In this document: positions 28,250 through 36,899 of the stretch, piece after piece | How positions within the stretch are numbered: position 1 is the first letter of the stretch | Layout: every line of letters begins with the position of its first letter | Source of the DNA: Longimicrobiales bacterium | GTDB lineage: Bacteria > Gemmatimonadota > Gemmatimonadetes > Longimicrobiales > Gaopeijiaceae | Assembly (NCBI GenBank): GCA_965248195.1 | Contig: CBDFIQ010000001.1 | Location: forward strand, 1,312,001 to 1,376,000 | Direction of reading: 5' to 3' | Length of the DNA stretch: 64,000 nucleotides | Notes under the pieces: model-generated | Database searches by the model: none | Told to the model about the DNA's origin: nothing | What the model saw: only the letters and a program-made list of their open reading frames with translations | Position numbers and translations under genes: made by a program

Positions 28250-29407
28250 CTACGGTCCCAGCGAAGGGAGCTTGAGGACCTCACCCATTCGTTCCCCTAG
28301 TACGTCCATAGCTTGTTTGGACTGCTTATCCGCGAGCCGGGCGTATACTGCGGTCACAGCGGGGTGGGAGTGGTTTAAGATCTTCCCGATCACTTGGATC
28401 GGGGTCCCCTGTTGAGCCATCCAGCTTCCCACGGTTCGGCGCAGGTCGTGCAAGCGCACATCCTCGAGTCCTGCTTTCTGGCGAACCCGCTCCCATTGCC
28501 CCTTGATGTCCTTCCGGTGCCTGTCGAAGCGCCCTGGGAATACCCAGGGACAGTCCTGCTGTCGTGGCAGGCTCCTGAAGACATGAGCGGCTTCGGGAGA
28601 CAGATGGATGACATGTGGGCGCCCTGATTTCGTATCAGGAAGGCGAAGTTCGCGGCGTTCGAGGTCCACATCCACCCATCTGGTCGCCAGCAATTCAGTC
28701 TTCCTTAGCCCGGTCAGGAGGTAGAGTAGGGTGGCAGCCTGCACGTAGGGGTCTGCCTCTTCGCTCACAGCCTTCATCAGACGCTTGACCTCGGGTTCCT
28801 TGAGCCAGCGGTCGCGAGCCTTTTCCCTGTTCCGGTGCACGCCACGGGCTGGGTTGGGGTGACCGGCGGGTACGTATCCCCATTCCTCGGCCTTGCTAAA
28901 TAAGTGGCTAACCAGCGCGAGTACCCGGTTTGCCTCCGTCGGCGCTCGCAGGCTCACCTTTTGGTGGAGCCAGGCAACGTCCTGTCGTCGAACATCAATG
29001 AGTGAGTGCGATCCGAGGGCCGGGACGACGTGCCTTTCGAGCCGGCGCTCGTCTCCACGCCACGTCTTTTTCGCTCCCTTCGCGTAGTCCTGTACGTAGG
29101 TCTTGGCGAACTGCTTGATAGTCGTGTCCGTAGGTGGGCGGCCATCGAGAGGGTCTGCTCCGTCCTGAACGGCTACAAGAAAGCTGCGGGCCTTCTTGCG
29201 GGCCTGGTCCAGAGTGAGGGTACCGTATTGGCCGACGGTCGTGAAACGGGAGTTGCGTTGGCCCGGCTTTCGATACTGGATCACGAAGGACTTCTTCCCG
29301 CTGGGGTAGATCCGCACGCCGAACCCAGAGGGCTGGTCGTCCCACCGTATGTCCTTTCCTGAACCGGCGTAGCGAAAGGAGTCGATCTGCCGCTTCGTGA
29401 GAGCCAT
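28250..29407 (-). CDS. Tyrosine-type site-specific integrase with N-terminal arm-binding domain
   Basis: WDDQPSGFGVRIYPSGKKSF arm domain; TGLRKTE, DTKSG, HDLRRT, ILNH, VYARL catalytic residues. Confidence 0.95.
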   Translation of the reverse strand: MALTKRQIDSFRYAGSGKDIRWDDQPSGFGVRIYPSGKKSFVIQYRKPGQRNSRFTTVGQYGTLTLDQARKKARSFLVAVQDGADPLDGRPPTDTTIKQFAKTYVQDYAKGAKKTWRGDERRLERHVVPALGSHSLIDVRRQDVAWLHQKVSLRAPTEANRVLALVSHLFSKAEEWGYVPAGHPNPARGVHRNREKARDRWLKEPEVKRLMKAVSEEADPYVQAATLLYLLTGLRKTELLATRWVDVDLERRELRLPDTKSGRPHVIHLSPEAAHVFRSLPRQQDCPWVFPGRFDRHRKDIKGQWERVRQKAGLEDVRLHDLRRTVGSWMAQQGTPIQVIGKILNHSHPAVTAVYARLADKQSKQAMDVLGERMGEVLKLPSLGP

Positions 29408-29437
29408 ATGCCGAACGTCCCAGGTGCACTCAAACTT

Positions 29438-29458
29438 GAGTCAGCCATAAGTCAACCA
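29438..29458 (+). promoter_or_regulatory. Putative integrase arm-type binding site (attR side)
   Basis: GAGTCAGCCATAAGTCAACCA, 20/21 identical to 11559-11579. Confidence 0.75.
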
Positions 29459-29576
29459 GCTGCATGAAAGACTATGCAGGAGTGAAGAAACAAATATACC
29501 CTCAGGGAGTGATACATTACAGGCTATATAGGGTTTATCGGTGTGTTCGCGGGGGCATGTGTAGGGTGACGCCTTG

Positions 29577-29623
29577 TGACTCTTAATCAGTAGGTTCGGG
29601 GTTCGAGTCCCTGGCGGGGCACT
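29577..29623 (+). repeat. att core: duplicated 3' half of tRNA-Lys (boundary of islands 1 and 2)
   Basis: TGACTCTTAATCAGTAGGTTCGGGGTTCGAGTCCCTGGCGGGGCACT, identical to 11464-11510. Confidence 0.97.
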
Positions 29624-29763
29624 GGCGGTAAGTCCTTTTTAAATACAGGGACTTCCACTTTTGCTGCGGCACAGTGTTAACGCAGTGTAGTTGTCTTCTG
29701 CGGAACTCAAGAGATTTGAAGATCGCGACCTGAGCAGGTTACCGCTGCCGTTGCTAGCAGCTG

Positions 29764-30174
29764 TTATCTTCGGGCATTAACTGAGCCGCCAAGAAACAAT
29801 CGGCTGCCATCGGGAAGCGTAAAATTGCTTCCTACCGCTTTGTTCGTCCTGTCTTTGGCGTGATAGCCCTCGACCACCAGCACGGTTCCTATAAGCACCG
29901 TGTTTTGCGTCACGCCATTGCGTATCAGCTGATTCGGGCTACCGCCCTCCACCTCCCATCGGGCCACCTCGCCGTCCGGGCCTTCGACGTCAATATGGAA
30001 CCACGAGTGGGGATTGATCATTTCCCACACGGCAAGTTTGCCTTCGAGGGTCAGCGGACTGTCGATGTCGAATTCTGCAGCAAATGCGTGATGGGCCCAT
30101 ACAGGAATGGCCGCGAGAATGGCCGCGAGTGCCAACGCGACGCCTACGATCGCAACTATCATTCGGGTTTGCAT
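29764..30174 (-). CDS. DUF6152 family secreted protein
   Basis: Signal ending VWA, then HHAFAAEFD, INPHSW, WEVEGGSPNQL; GAGG RBS before ATG 30174. Confidence 0.8.
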   Translation of the reverse strand: MQTRMIVAIVGVALALAAILAAIPVWAHHAFAAEFDIDSPLTLEGKLAVWEMINPHSWFHIDVEGPDGEVARWEVEGGSPNQLIRNGVTQNTVLIGTVLVVEGYHAKDRTNKAVGSNFTLPDGSRLFLGGSVNARR

Positions 30175-30187
30175 CGGAATGCCCTCC

Positions 30188-31210
30188 TCAATTCGGTTTT
30201 TTTGCCGCTGCTTCTTCTGCCGCCAGTTTTTCTTCGAGACGGGCGCCAACCAGGGTGTTATACAGACCGTAATTGCCCTCGTGGCAGGCGTGTTCGAACA
30301 TCGGACCGATTGTCTGTTTCATCAGAAGTTCGGCAGACCAGGGGCGGGTCCACATCGTTTCATCATCGATCGTGAATCTATAAACCATCGTTTCGTCATC
30401 GATTCGGGTAAAGCGTTCGGTCACACGCTTGTTCTCGGTGGATCCATTGATAGGATTCTTGCCGTTGAAGTTCGCGGTCTCCACCACCAGGGTCTCGCCC
30501 TCCCAATGCCCCCGCGAGGTGCCCATCCACTGGCGAATCTTTGCGTCGGCCTGCTCTCGACCATCCAACGGAATGATGCGGGCATCATGAATCATTTCAA
30601 CCAGGATCATGACGTAATCCCGATTCTGCACGATCTGGTAGTTGCTGTTGTAACCGGTGTTCATCATGGGCGGACCGGACCCCCCCATGATGATGCAACG
30701 GTCATCCAGTTGATTGTTTTCGGCAGAGTCCCAACGTCCGCCCCTCAGCCGGTCTTCCTCTTCGCGCTGCGCCGTGATCCGTTGACCTTCGGTTGTCATG
30801 GCAGGGATTCTTCCACTCGGGGGATCGAAAATGAGTGAGGTTCGCAGACCGGTTGCGAGAGTGGCCTGACTCCGGTCGAGTCCGAATTGAGTGAAGTCAT
30901 AGTGCACGTCTGCCGTCGTGCCCGGAACGGTCTGAGCGCTTTCCCGCTCCAACGCACGCGCTTCAATTGCAGCAACTTCTTCCGCCGTGTAGAACTCGCC
31001 GGTCACGCCATCGCGCCGCTGCAACGGCGTATAAGTTGCGTTCGACCAGAACCCCTCGAAATCCGGTTGCCCGTCCGCCGTGCGGGGCACCGTGTAGCCA
31101 TCGGCCGGACTCGGGTTTCGTACCTGCGCGCCAACCAGGTTGGCCGTCAGTAAAGAGGCTGCAAACAAGGCGGCGGCAATACTGCCTGAAGTGAGAAATC
31201 GATGATTCAT
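30188..31210 (-). CDS. Secreted hypothetical protein, tandem paralog A
   Basis: Signal peptide; PRTADGQPDFEGFW, GHWEGETLVVET, EHACHEGN; ATG 31210 with GGAG RBS. Confidence 0.8.
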   Translation of the reverse strand: MNHRFLTSGSIAAALFAASLLTANLVGAQVRNPSPADGYTVPRTADGQPDFEGFWSNATYTPLQRRDGVTGEFYTAEEVAAIEARALERESAQTVPGTTADVHYDFTQFGLDRSQATLATGLRTSLIFDPPSGRIPAMTTEGQRITAQREEEDRLRGGRWDSAENNQLDDRCIIMGGSGPPMMNTGYNSNYQIVQNRDYVMILVEMIHDARIIPLDGREQADAKIRQWMGTSRGHWEGETLVVETANFNGKNPINGSTENKRVTERFTRIDDETMVYRFTIDDETMWTRPWSAELLMKQTIGPMFEHACHEGNYGLYNTLVGARLEEKLAAEEAAAKKPN

Positions 31211-31229
31211 CTGAAATCTCCTGCGGGAA

Positions 31230-32258
31230 TCAATTAGGTTTTTTCGCCGCTGCCTCTTCCGCCGCCAATTTCTCTTCGAGGCGAGCTCCGGCCAAGGTGT
31301 TAGCCAGACCGTAATTACCCTCATGGCAGGCGTGTTCGAACATCGGACCGATTGTCTGTTTCATCAGAAGTTCGGCAGACCAGGGGCGGGCCCACATTGT
31401 TTCATCATCGATCGTGAATCTATAAACCATCGTTTCGTCATCGATTCGAGTAAAGCGTTCGGTCACACGCTTGTTCTCGGTGGATCCATTGATAGGATTC
31501 TTGCCGTTGAAGTTCGCGGTCTCCACCACCAGGGTCTCGCCCTCCCAATGCCCCCGCGAGGTGCCCATCCACTGGCGAATCTTTGCGTCGGCCTGCTCTC
31601 GACCATCCAATGGAATGAGGCGGGCATCATGAATCATTTCAACCAGGATCATGACGTAATCCCGATTCTGCACGATCTGGTAGTTGCTGTTATAGGCCGC
31701 GTTCATCATGGGCGGGCCGGAACCCCTCATGATCAGGCAACGCATGCCCACGCTCAAGTTTTCGGCAGCGTCATAGCGTCCGCCCCTCAGCCGGGCTTCC
31801 TCTTCACGCTGTGCCATGAGCCGCTGACCTTCAGCAGTCCGGGGAGGGATTCTTCCACTCGGGGGATCGAAAATGAGTGAGGTTCGCAGACCGGTTGCCA
31901 TAGTGGCCTGACTCCGGTCGAGTCCGAATTGAGTGAAGTCATAGTGCACGTCCGCCCTCGTGCCCGGAACGGTCTGAGCGCTTTCCCGCTCCAACTCACG
32001 CGCTTCAATTGCAGCAACTTCTTCCGCCGTGTAGAACTCGCCGGCAACGCCATCGCGCCGCTGCAACGGCGTCCGGGTTGTGTTCGACCAGAACCCCTCG
32101 AAATCCGGTTGCCCGTCCGGTGTGCGGGGCACCGTGTAGCCATCGGCCGGACTCGGGTTTGGTACCTGCGCGCCAACCAGGTTGGCCGTCAGTAAAGAGG
32201 CTGCAAACAAGGCGGCGGTAATACTGCCTGAAGTGAGAAATCGATGTTTCGTATGCAT
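31230..32258 (-). CDS. Secreted hypothetical protein, tandem paralog B
   Basis: Near-identical to paralog A at an offset of 1042 bp. Confidence 0.8.
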   Translation of the reverse strand: MHTKHRFLTSGSITAALFAASLLTANLVGAQVPNPSPADGYTVPRTPDGQPDFEGFWSNTTRTPLQRRDGVAGEFYTAEEVAAIEARELERESAQTVPGTRADVHYDFTQFGLDRSQATMATGLRTSLIFDPPSGRIPPRTAEGQRLMAQREEEARLRGGRYDAAENLSVGMRCLIMRGSGPPMMNAAYNSNYQIVQNRDYVMILVEMIHDARLIPLDGREQADAKIRQWMGTSRGHWEGETLVVETANFNGKNPINGSTENKRVTERFTRIDDETMVYRFTIDDETMWARPWSAELLMKQTIGPMFEHACHEGNYGLANTLAGARLEEKLAAEEAAAKKPN

Positions 32259-32273
32259 TCTCTTGTGCCTGGG

Positions 32274-33101
32274 TTAACGCTCCGGAGTAATCGGCTGTTT
32301 GCGGAGGTGGCCGTAAATCAGGTCTTCTACAAACTCCACGCATCTGAATTCCAATATTTCTGCATTCGGTTCGACACGGCGATAGAGGGGCATGCTCATG
32401 GTCCAGGGTCGAGTGAACACGTTCGTATCTTCGATCGTTACTTCATACAGCAGTGTGTCCTCGCTTCGCGGCGTGAATCGTTCGATCACATGCAGGGCGT
32501 CGCTATGGAAGTTTCCGGCCCGATCGAACCAAGTCTTACCATTGAAGCCCCTGGTATCGACAACCAGCGATTCTCCGTCCCAATTCCCGTTCGACCAACC
32601 CATCCAACTGGGGGCGGGCGGCAGGGTGTGGTTCTCCATGTAGATGGTCCGGACCGCGCCAGCGTACTCATGGACTATCATGATGTGCTGCCCGCTCTGA
32701 ATGATCTGAAAGGGAAAGGGCATATAGGTGGCGCGCGGCACGCCGGGTAGATAGCACTTGATCTCAGGGTCCAGTTCCAGGCGCCTGGCGAAGTTCTCGT
32801 CCCTTTGTGCACGCGCCTCTGGCCGGTACGGAATCGAGCCACCGTCGACGATACCAAGCCCCGCGGGTATTGCGGCACTGGCACCGAGTTCGCGGACCAT
32901 ACCGGGGCCTGCAGCATGGGGCTCAATGTCCCAATTAGCGGTGTTGATGGACTGCCAGATGCCGTTCAGGTCGGGATTGCCGTCGCCGGTCCGCGGCGCC
33001 CGGTAGTCCGTCGTCTGCGCTGTGGCAATGGTCGCTCCCAACAACAGACCGACCGCGATGACAACCGTCGCAGTGGCCCATCTTCCAGACCAGTCTTGCA
33101 T
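32274..33101 (-). CDS. Secreted hypothetical protein, divergent member of the same family
   Basis: PRTGDGNPDLNGIW, CYLPGVPR, WDGESLVVDT, EFRCVE; ATG 33101 with GAGGAG RBS. Confidence 0.75.
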   Translation of the reverse strand: MQDWSGRWATATVVIAVGLLLGATIATAQTTDYRAPRTGDGNPDLNGIWQSINTANWDIEPHAAGPGMVRELGASAAIPAGLGIVDGGSIPYRPEARAQRDENFARRLELDPEIKCYLPGVPRATYMPFPFQIIQSGQHIMIVHEYAGAVRTIYMENHTLPPAPSWMGWSNGNWDGESLVVDTRGFNGKTWFDRAGNFHSDALHVIERFTPRSEDTLLYEVTIEDTNVFTRPWTMSMPLYRRVEPNAEILEFRCVEFVEDLIYGHLRKQPITPER

Positions 33102-33211
33102 CCCTGATCTCCTCTGGAAACTCGCGGTGTACCTGTCGAGCATAATCCCTGCAAATATGGGCGATGTCAAATGCATCTGGCGCCGGGGCCAGCCCGTGGT
33201 CCTCAGCCTCG

Positions 33212-34798
33212 TCAGCGTGTGGCGCACGAGAAGCTCTCCTCCCTTTTCGGGTCTCCGTTTCCGTCGTAAACGGCCCTCGCGGGGTAGGCGCACAGCGGTC
33301 GGCGCGTCTCCACTTCGCCCTCCGGACCGAATTTGGTCGCAAGCACGTGGTCCGGCGCCTGCCCTTCTTCGACCCACGCTTCAATTAGCGCCATCTTGTC
33401 AAAGACGCTTGGTCCCTCACCACCGCCGCAATGCCCCATACCCGGCGCCATGAACAGACGATAGGAGTCGTGAACTTCCTCGGCACTGCCGACGGATTCT
33501 ACCACACGCTCGTAATACTGGGTTGCGTTCAAGGGTGAGATCTGCGCGTCGCTCCAGCCGTGATACGCGAGCAGCTTGCCGCCCCGGGCGAAGAACGGCT
33601 TGAGGTCGGGATCGAGGGCATTCAGCGTCTCGTCGTCGGTCTCCTCGGCCTTCACGATATCGGTGTCGAAATCGAATCGGTCGATGGTCCAGCTGGGGTC
33701 GCCGTATACCAGATAACGATAAAGTTCGAGCCCGGTGGCGCGTGCGGAATTGGTCCACCCGAGGTCGGTCCAGTTGAGCTCGCTCCCCGGAACCAGACCG
33801 GTAATCTCCCGGTTGGTACTGGGATTCACCGGAGACGTGTACAACATCCGCACGGTCCCGACCTGTGCGGCCGTCAGGCAGGAGCCGTTCTTGGCACCCT
33901 CACATTGGAGGACGGCGGGGTCGAAATCACAACGCTGAGGGCTGTCGATAACGCCGTCCACGACACCATCAGCCGCGTCGCACGCGCTGATTGCCGCCGC
34001 ATGCACAAGCAATCTGTCATCTTCGGAGAGACGGGCGGCTGGGTTGGATTCCAGATACGTGGCGACTCGGAGTGCTCCTGCTGCACGTCCGCTCCAATCC
34101 TGGCCCGGTGCTCCGGCCACGATGCCGTCGAAGTCTTCGGGAAAGGCCTGCGCCATCTTCATCGCCTGGCGGCCACCGGCGGAACACCCGTTCCAATAGG
34201 AGTAGCGGAGATTCTCATCGTAATGAGCCGCGATGACCTCCTTGGTGAGGACAGCCATCAGGTGCAGCGAGCGCCAGCCGAAGTCGACGACCTTCTCGGG
34301 ATGATCGAGACCAAACTCCGCCGTGTTGCCGATATGCCCGGTGTCGGTCGAGCTGGTCGCGTAGCCGTTGGCCAGCGCGGCAGCCATGGATCCATGCCTG
34401 ATCGATCCGCTGAACGCACCGTTCCCGACCGCCTGGTATTTTCCGTTCCATCCCGAAAGCGGCATCCACACCTCGACGGTGATGTTCGAATCGTTCGTGG
34501 GTCGGAGCGTGGCGACCAACCGGCAGAACGCGGGCAAGCCACCGTATGTGCGGGTCACGGAAGCCGCCGACGGCGGGCGACCGCCCGGCGCAACCGGAGG
34601 CGTGAACGCCCCGGTCTCGACGACTTCGGCGCTCGTGACGGTCCCCTCCATAATCGAGAACGAGATCAGATCGTCGCACCACACGTTGTCGGCGCCCTGG
34701 AGCGCTCCCCCTTCCCCACCGACCGGCGCGGAGGCCGCAGTGGCGTCGGTGAGTGTCGTGGCCATGATGGCGATCGGGATCATCAGAAAGCGTTTCAT
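33212..34798 (-). CDS. Tannase/feruloyl esterase family alpha/beta hydrolase, secreted
   Basis: WNGK...GNG, STDTGH, GCSAGG nucleophile, YHGWSD, PGMGHC, RPLCAYP. Confidence 0.9.
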   Translation of the reverse strand: MKRFLMIPIAIMATTLTDATAASAPVGGEGGALQGADNVWCDDLISFSIMEGTVTSAEVVETGAFTPPVAPGGRPPSAASVTRTYGGLPAFCRLVATLRPTNDSNITVEVWMPLSGWNGKYQAVGNGAFSGSIRHGSMAAALANGYATSSTDTGHIGNTAEFGLDHPEKVVDFGWRSLHLMAVLTKEVIAAHYDENLRYSYWNGCSAGGRQAMKMAQAFPEDFDGIVAGAPGQDWSGRAAGALRVATYLESNPAARLSEDDRLLVHAAAISACDAADGVVDGVIDSPQRCDFDPAVLQCEGAKNGSCLTAAQVGTVRMLYTSPVNPSTNREITGLVPGSELNWTDLGWTNSARATGLELYRYLVYGDPSWTIDRFDFDTDIVKAEETDDETLNALDPDLKPFFARGGKLLAYHGWSDAQISPLNATQYYERVVESVGSAEEVHDSYRLFMAPGMGHCGGGEGPSVFDKMALIEAWVEEGQAPDHVLATKFGPEGEVETRRPLCAYPARAVYDGNGDPKREESFSCATR

Positions 34799-35130
34799 CG
34801 TTTAACCCTCGTTTCAATGTGGCGTGGCGGCGGCAGGCCTCCGGGCCGTCGGGAGAAATCGCCGCTCGATGGCGTAGCGGCCTGCTAGGGCTGCGTTGAC
34901 GCGGGCGACTGGATCAGACATGGGCGCACTCCAAGATCAGACCGCTGTCAACATCCGAGAGTGGGGCGGTAGGCGCAAGCGGAAGCTTCTAGAACCGATC
35001 CTCTCGAGGCTCTTCGCTTCGAGGGCCTGGCAGGGAGCCCCTTGCCCACGCCCCCTCATCCACTTATATAAAGAAGCACGATATAAAGATCGTCGAGATA
35101 TTAAATCTATCCGTCGCGAAGGGCCGACCC

Positions 35131-35484
35131 GTGACCGAAAAAGACTTCGACGTGCAGGGCTTCGCCCGTGACATCAACGAACTGCTCATCCTCTCCACCC
35201 TCCGCACCGAGGGCAAGCACGGATACCAGATCGCGCTCGATGTGGAAGCGGACAGCAATGGACTGTTCCGGTTCCGCCACGGGACCCTCTACCCGATCCT
35301 CCACCGCCTTGAGGAGGAAGGCCTGATCCGAGGATCCTGGTCGAAGGGAGGGGGCCGCCGGAAGAAAGTGTACTCGCTCACCGGCCCGGGTGAGGGGCAC
35401 CTGAATGGCGAGACGAACAGGGTTCAAGAGATCATGTCCCGCCTCATGCAGGTGATTGGGCACCCCGGCGAGGCTCCGGCGTGA
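35131..35484 (+). CDS. PadR family transcriptional regulator
   Basis: KHGYQI, GTLYPILHRLEEEGLI, RKKVYSLT. Confidence 0.9.
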   Translation: MTEKDFDVQGFARDINELLILSTLRTEGKHGYQIALDVEADSNGLFRFRHGTLYPILHRLEEEGLIRGSWSKGGGRRKKVYSLTGPGEGHLNGETNRVQEIMSRLMQVIGHPGEAPA

Positions 35485-36257
35485 ACGGGCCGGTGGCGAG
35501 GGGTTTTGCCCCGGTGCTCCGGGACGTCGAGCGCGGGCTCGCGTTACCGATTCCGGATCGTGTGCGAATCCTGAGAGAGCTTGAATACGATCTCGAGGAG
35601 CTGTGTGCCCGACTCGTGGCGGGCGGCCTATCAGATGACGTAGCCCGTGGCCGCGCCGTCCAGGCGCTCGTGCCTGACAGGGCCACCCTCAATGAACTGG
35701 GGCGGCTGCACACACCCTGGTATCGGCGAGTCACCCGCCATCTGACCGCGGATCGCTTGAGATTCGCCGAGCGTTCGGCCCTGGTCATCGCAACGGCCTC
35801 CGTAGTTATCGTCCAGACCGTCACTCTCTTTCGAGTCGACCTTCTCCGCGACCCATCCCCGTTTCTTTGGCCGGTCCTCGGGCTGGGCGCGCTGCTTTTC
35901 GCGACCGTTACGACGAAGGTCTTCAATCTGTGGATCAAGGGTGATCACAGGACGCCGACCCAAGGTCTCAGCACGATCCTGGCACTGGCCGGAGCGATTG
36001 TCCTGACTGGAATCGGAGGAATGATTTTTGATCTCTACCGTCTGGCCGGAGCCCTCGAAAGGGCGCCCGAATTGGCCGACGTCGTGGCCGGGGCATGGCT
36101 CTTACGCGACCTGACCCTCGTGTCCATATCCATCCTGCTGGCTCTTGGCGGGGGGCTTGCCTGGCTCGTACTGAACCAGTGGCTGAGCCTTGTCGATGGA
36201 GCACGCAGCGATGTGCTCGGGCTGAACCTTGATTATTCTGGGAAAGGAGAAACATGA
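35481..36257 (+). CDS. Membrane protein with N-terminal PadR-partner (HAAS-like) helical domain
   Basis: RILRELEYDLEEL...GLS motif followed by four hydrophobic segments; GTGA overlap with padR. Confidence 0.7.
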   Translation: MNGPVARGFAPVLRDVERGLALPIPDRVRILRELEYDLEELCARLVAGGLSDDVARGRAVQALVPDRATLNELGRLHTPWYRRVTRHLTADRLRFAERSALVIATASVVIVQTVTLFRVDLLRDPSPFLWPVLGLGALLFATVTTKVFNLWIKGDHRTPTQGLSTILALAGAIVLTGIGGMIFDLYRLAGALERAPELADVVAGAWLLRDLTLVSISILLALGGGLAWLVLNQWLSLVDGARSDVLGLNLDYSGKGET

Positions 36258-36673
36258 TGACTCCGGCTGATCAACTTGCGGCCATATGGAATGACATCGG
36301 ATTCATCCGCTTGCCGCTGATATTTTCGTTCTTGGTTGTCGTCGGGCTCGCCTTGTGGTCGGCGATCAAGCTCTTTAGGCCCCATGCAACGCCTGACCTC
36401 CATACCAAGGCTTGGCTCGACGCGATCCTGTTCTGGGGGGGGTTCGCAACCATATCCGGCCTGCTGGGAACGCTCGTTGGATTCACTATCGCCACCCAGA
36501 GTGTTGAAGCCGCTGGCGAGGTGAACGTCACCCTTATGTGGGGTGGGATCAAAGTGTCCATGCTCGGCTCGCTCTTTGGAGTCCTGATCCTGGCCTTCGC
36601 AGCCCTTCTGTGGTTCGTGCTTCAGCTCCGGTGGCGACTGCTCGTGGCGGACGAAATCGAGAAGGCCGTTTAG
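36254..36673 (+). CDS. Small three-TM protein, MotA/TolQ/ExbB-like channel domain
   Basis: GLLGTLVG motif, GGIKVSM; ATGA overlap. Confidence 0.7.
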   Translation: MMTPADQLAAIWNDIGFIRLPLIFSFLVVVGLALWSAIKLFRPHATPDLHTKAWLDAILFWGGFATISGLLGTLVGFTIATQSVEAAGEVNVTLMWGGIKVSMLGSLFGVLILAFAALLWFVLQLRWRLLVADEIEKAV

Positions 36674-36899
36674 CCGACCTTCTCTGCTTCGTCTGAGTAG
36701 GGAGCTAGAACACTCGCAAATGGACGGAGCCCCGCTTAGGATATATGCGGGATTTTAAGCCTCCGTCTAAGGAATTGGAACCGATGGTAGGTCGCGACGG
36801 CGCGTTCGCCATCATATTGATACAGCCCGGATGGCGTACGAGTACGGCGGTCACATAGGGGTCTAGATCCACGTCGTTCAGCGACTTCGAGGAGGATCC

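Larger units (their letters stand above)
11464..29623. mobile_element. Genomic island 1 (about 18 kb) integrated in tRNA-Lys
   Basis: Exact 47-bp direct repeat at 11464-11510 and 29577-29623; tyrosine integrase next to the right repeat. Confidence 0.92.

Noticed and set aside
29577..29623. Additional tRNA genes here and at 55762-55806
   Set aside because: Only the 3' half is present; the 5' acceptor strand and D-arm are missing, so these are att repeats
30188..32258. Diversity-generating retroelement TR/VR pair
   Set aside because: Whole-gene duplication, differences not confined to adenines, and no reverse transcriptase seen
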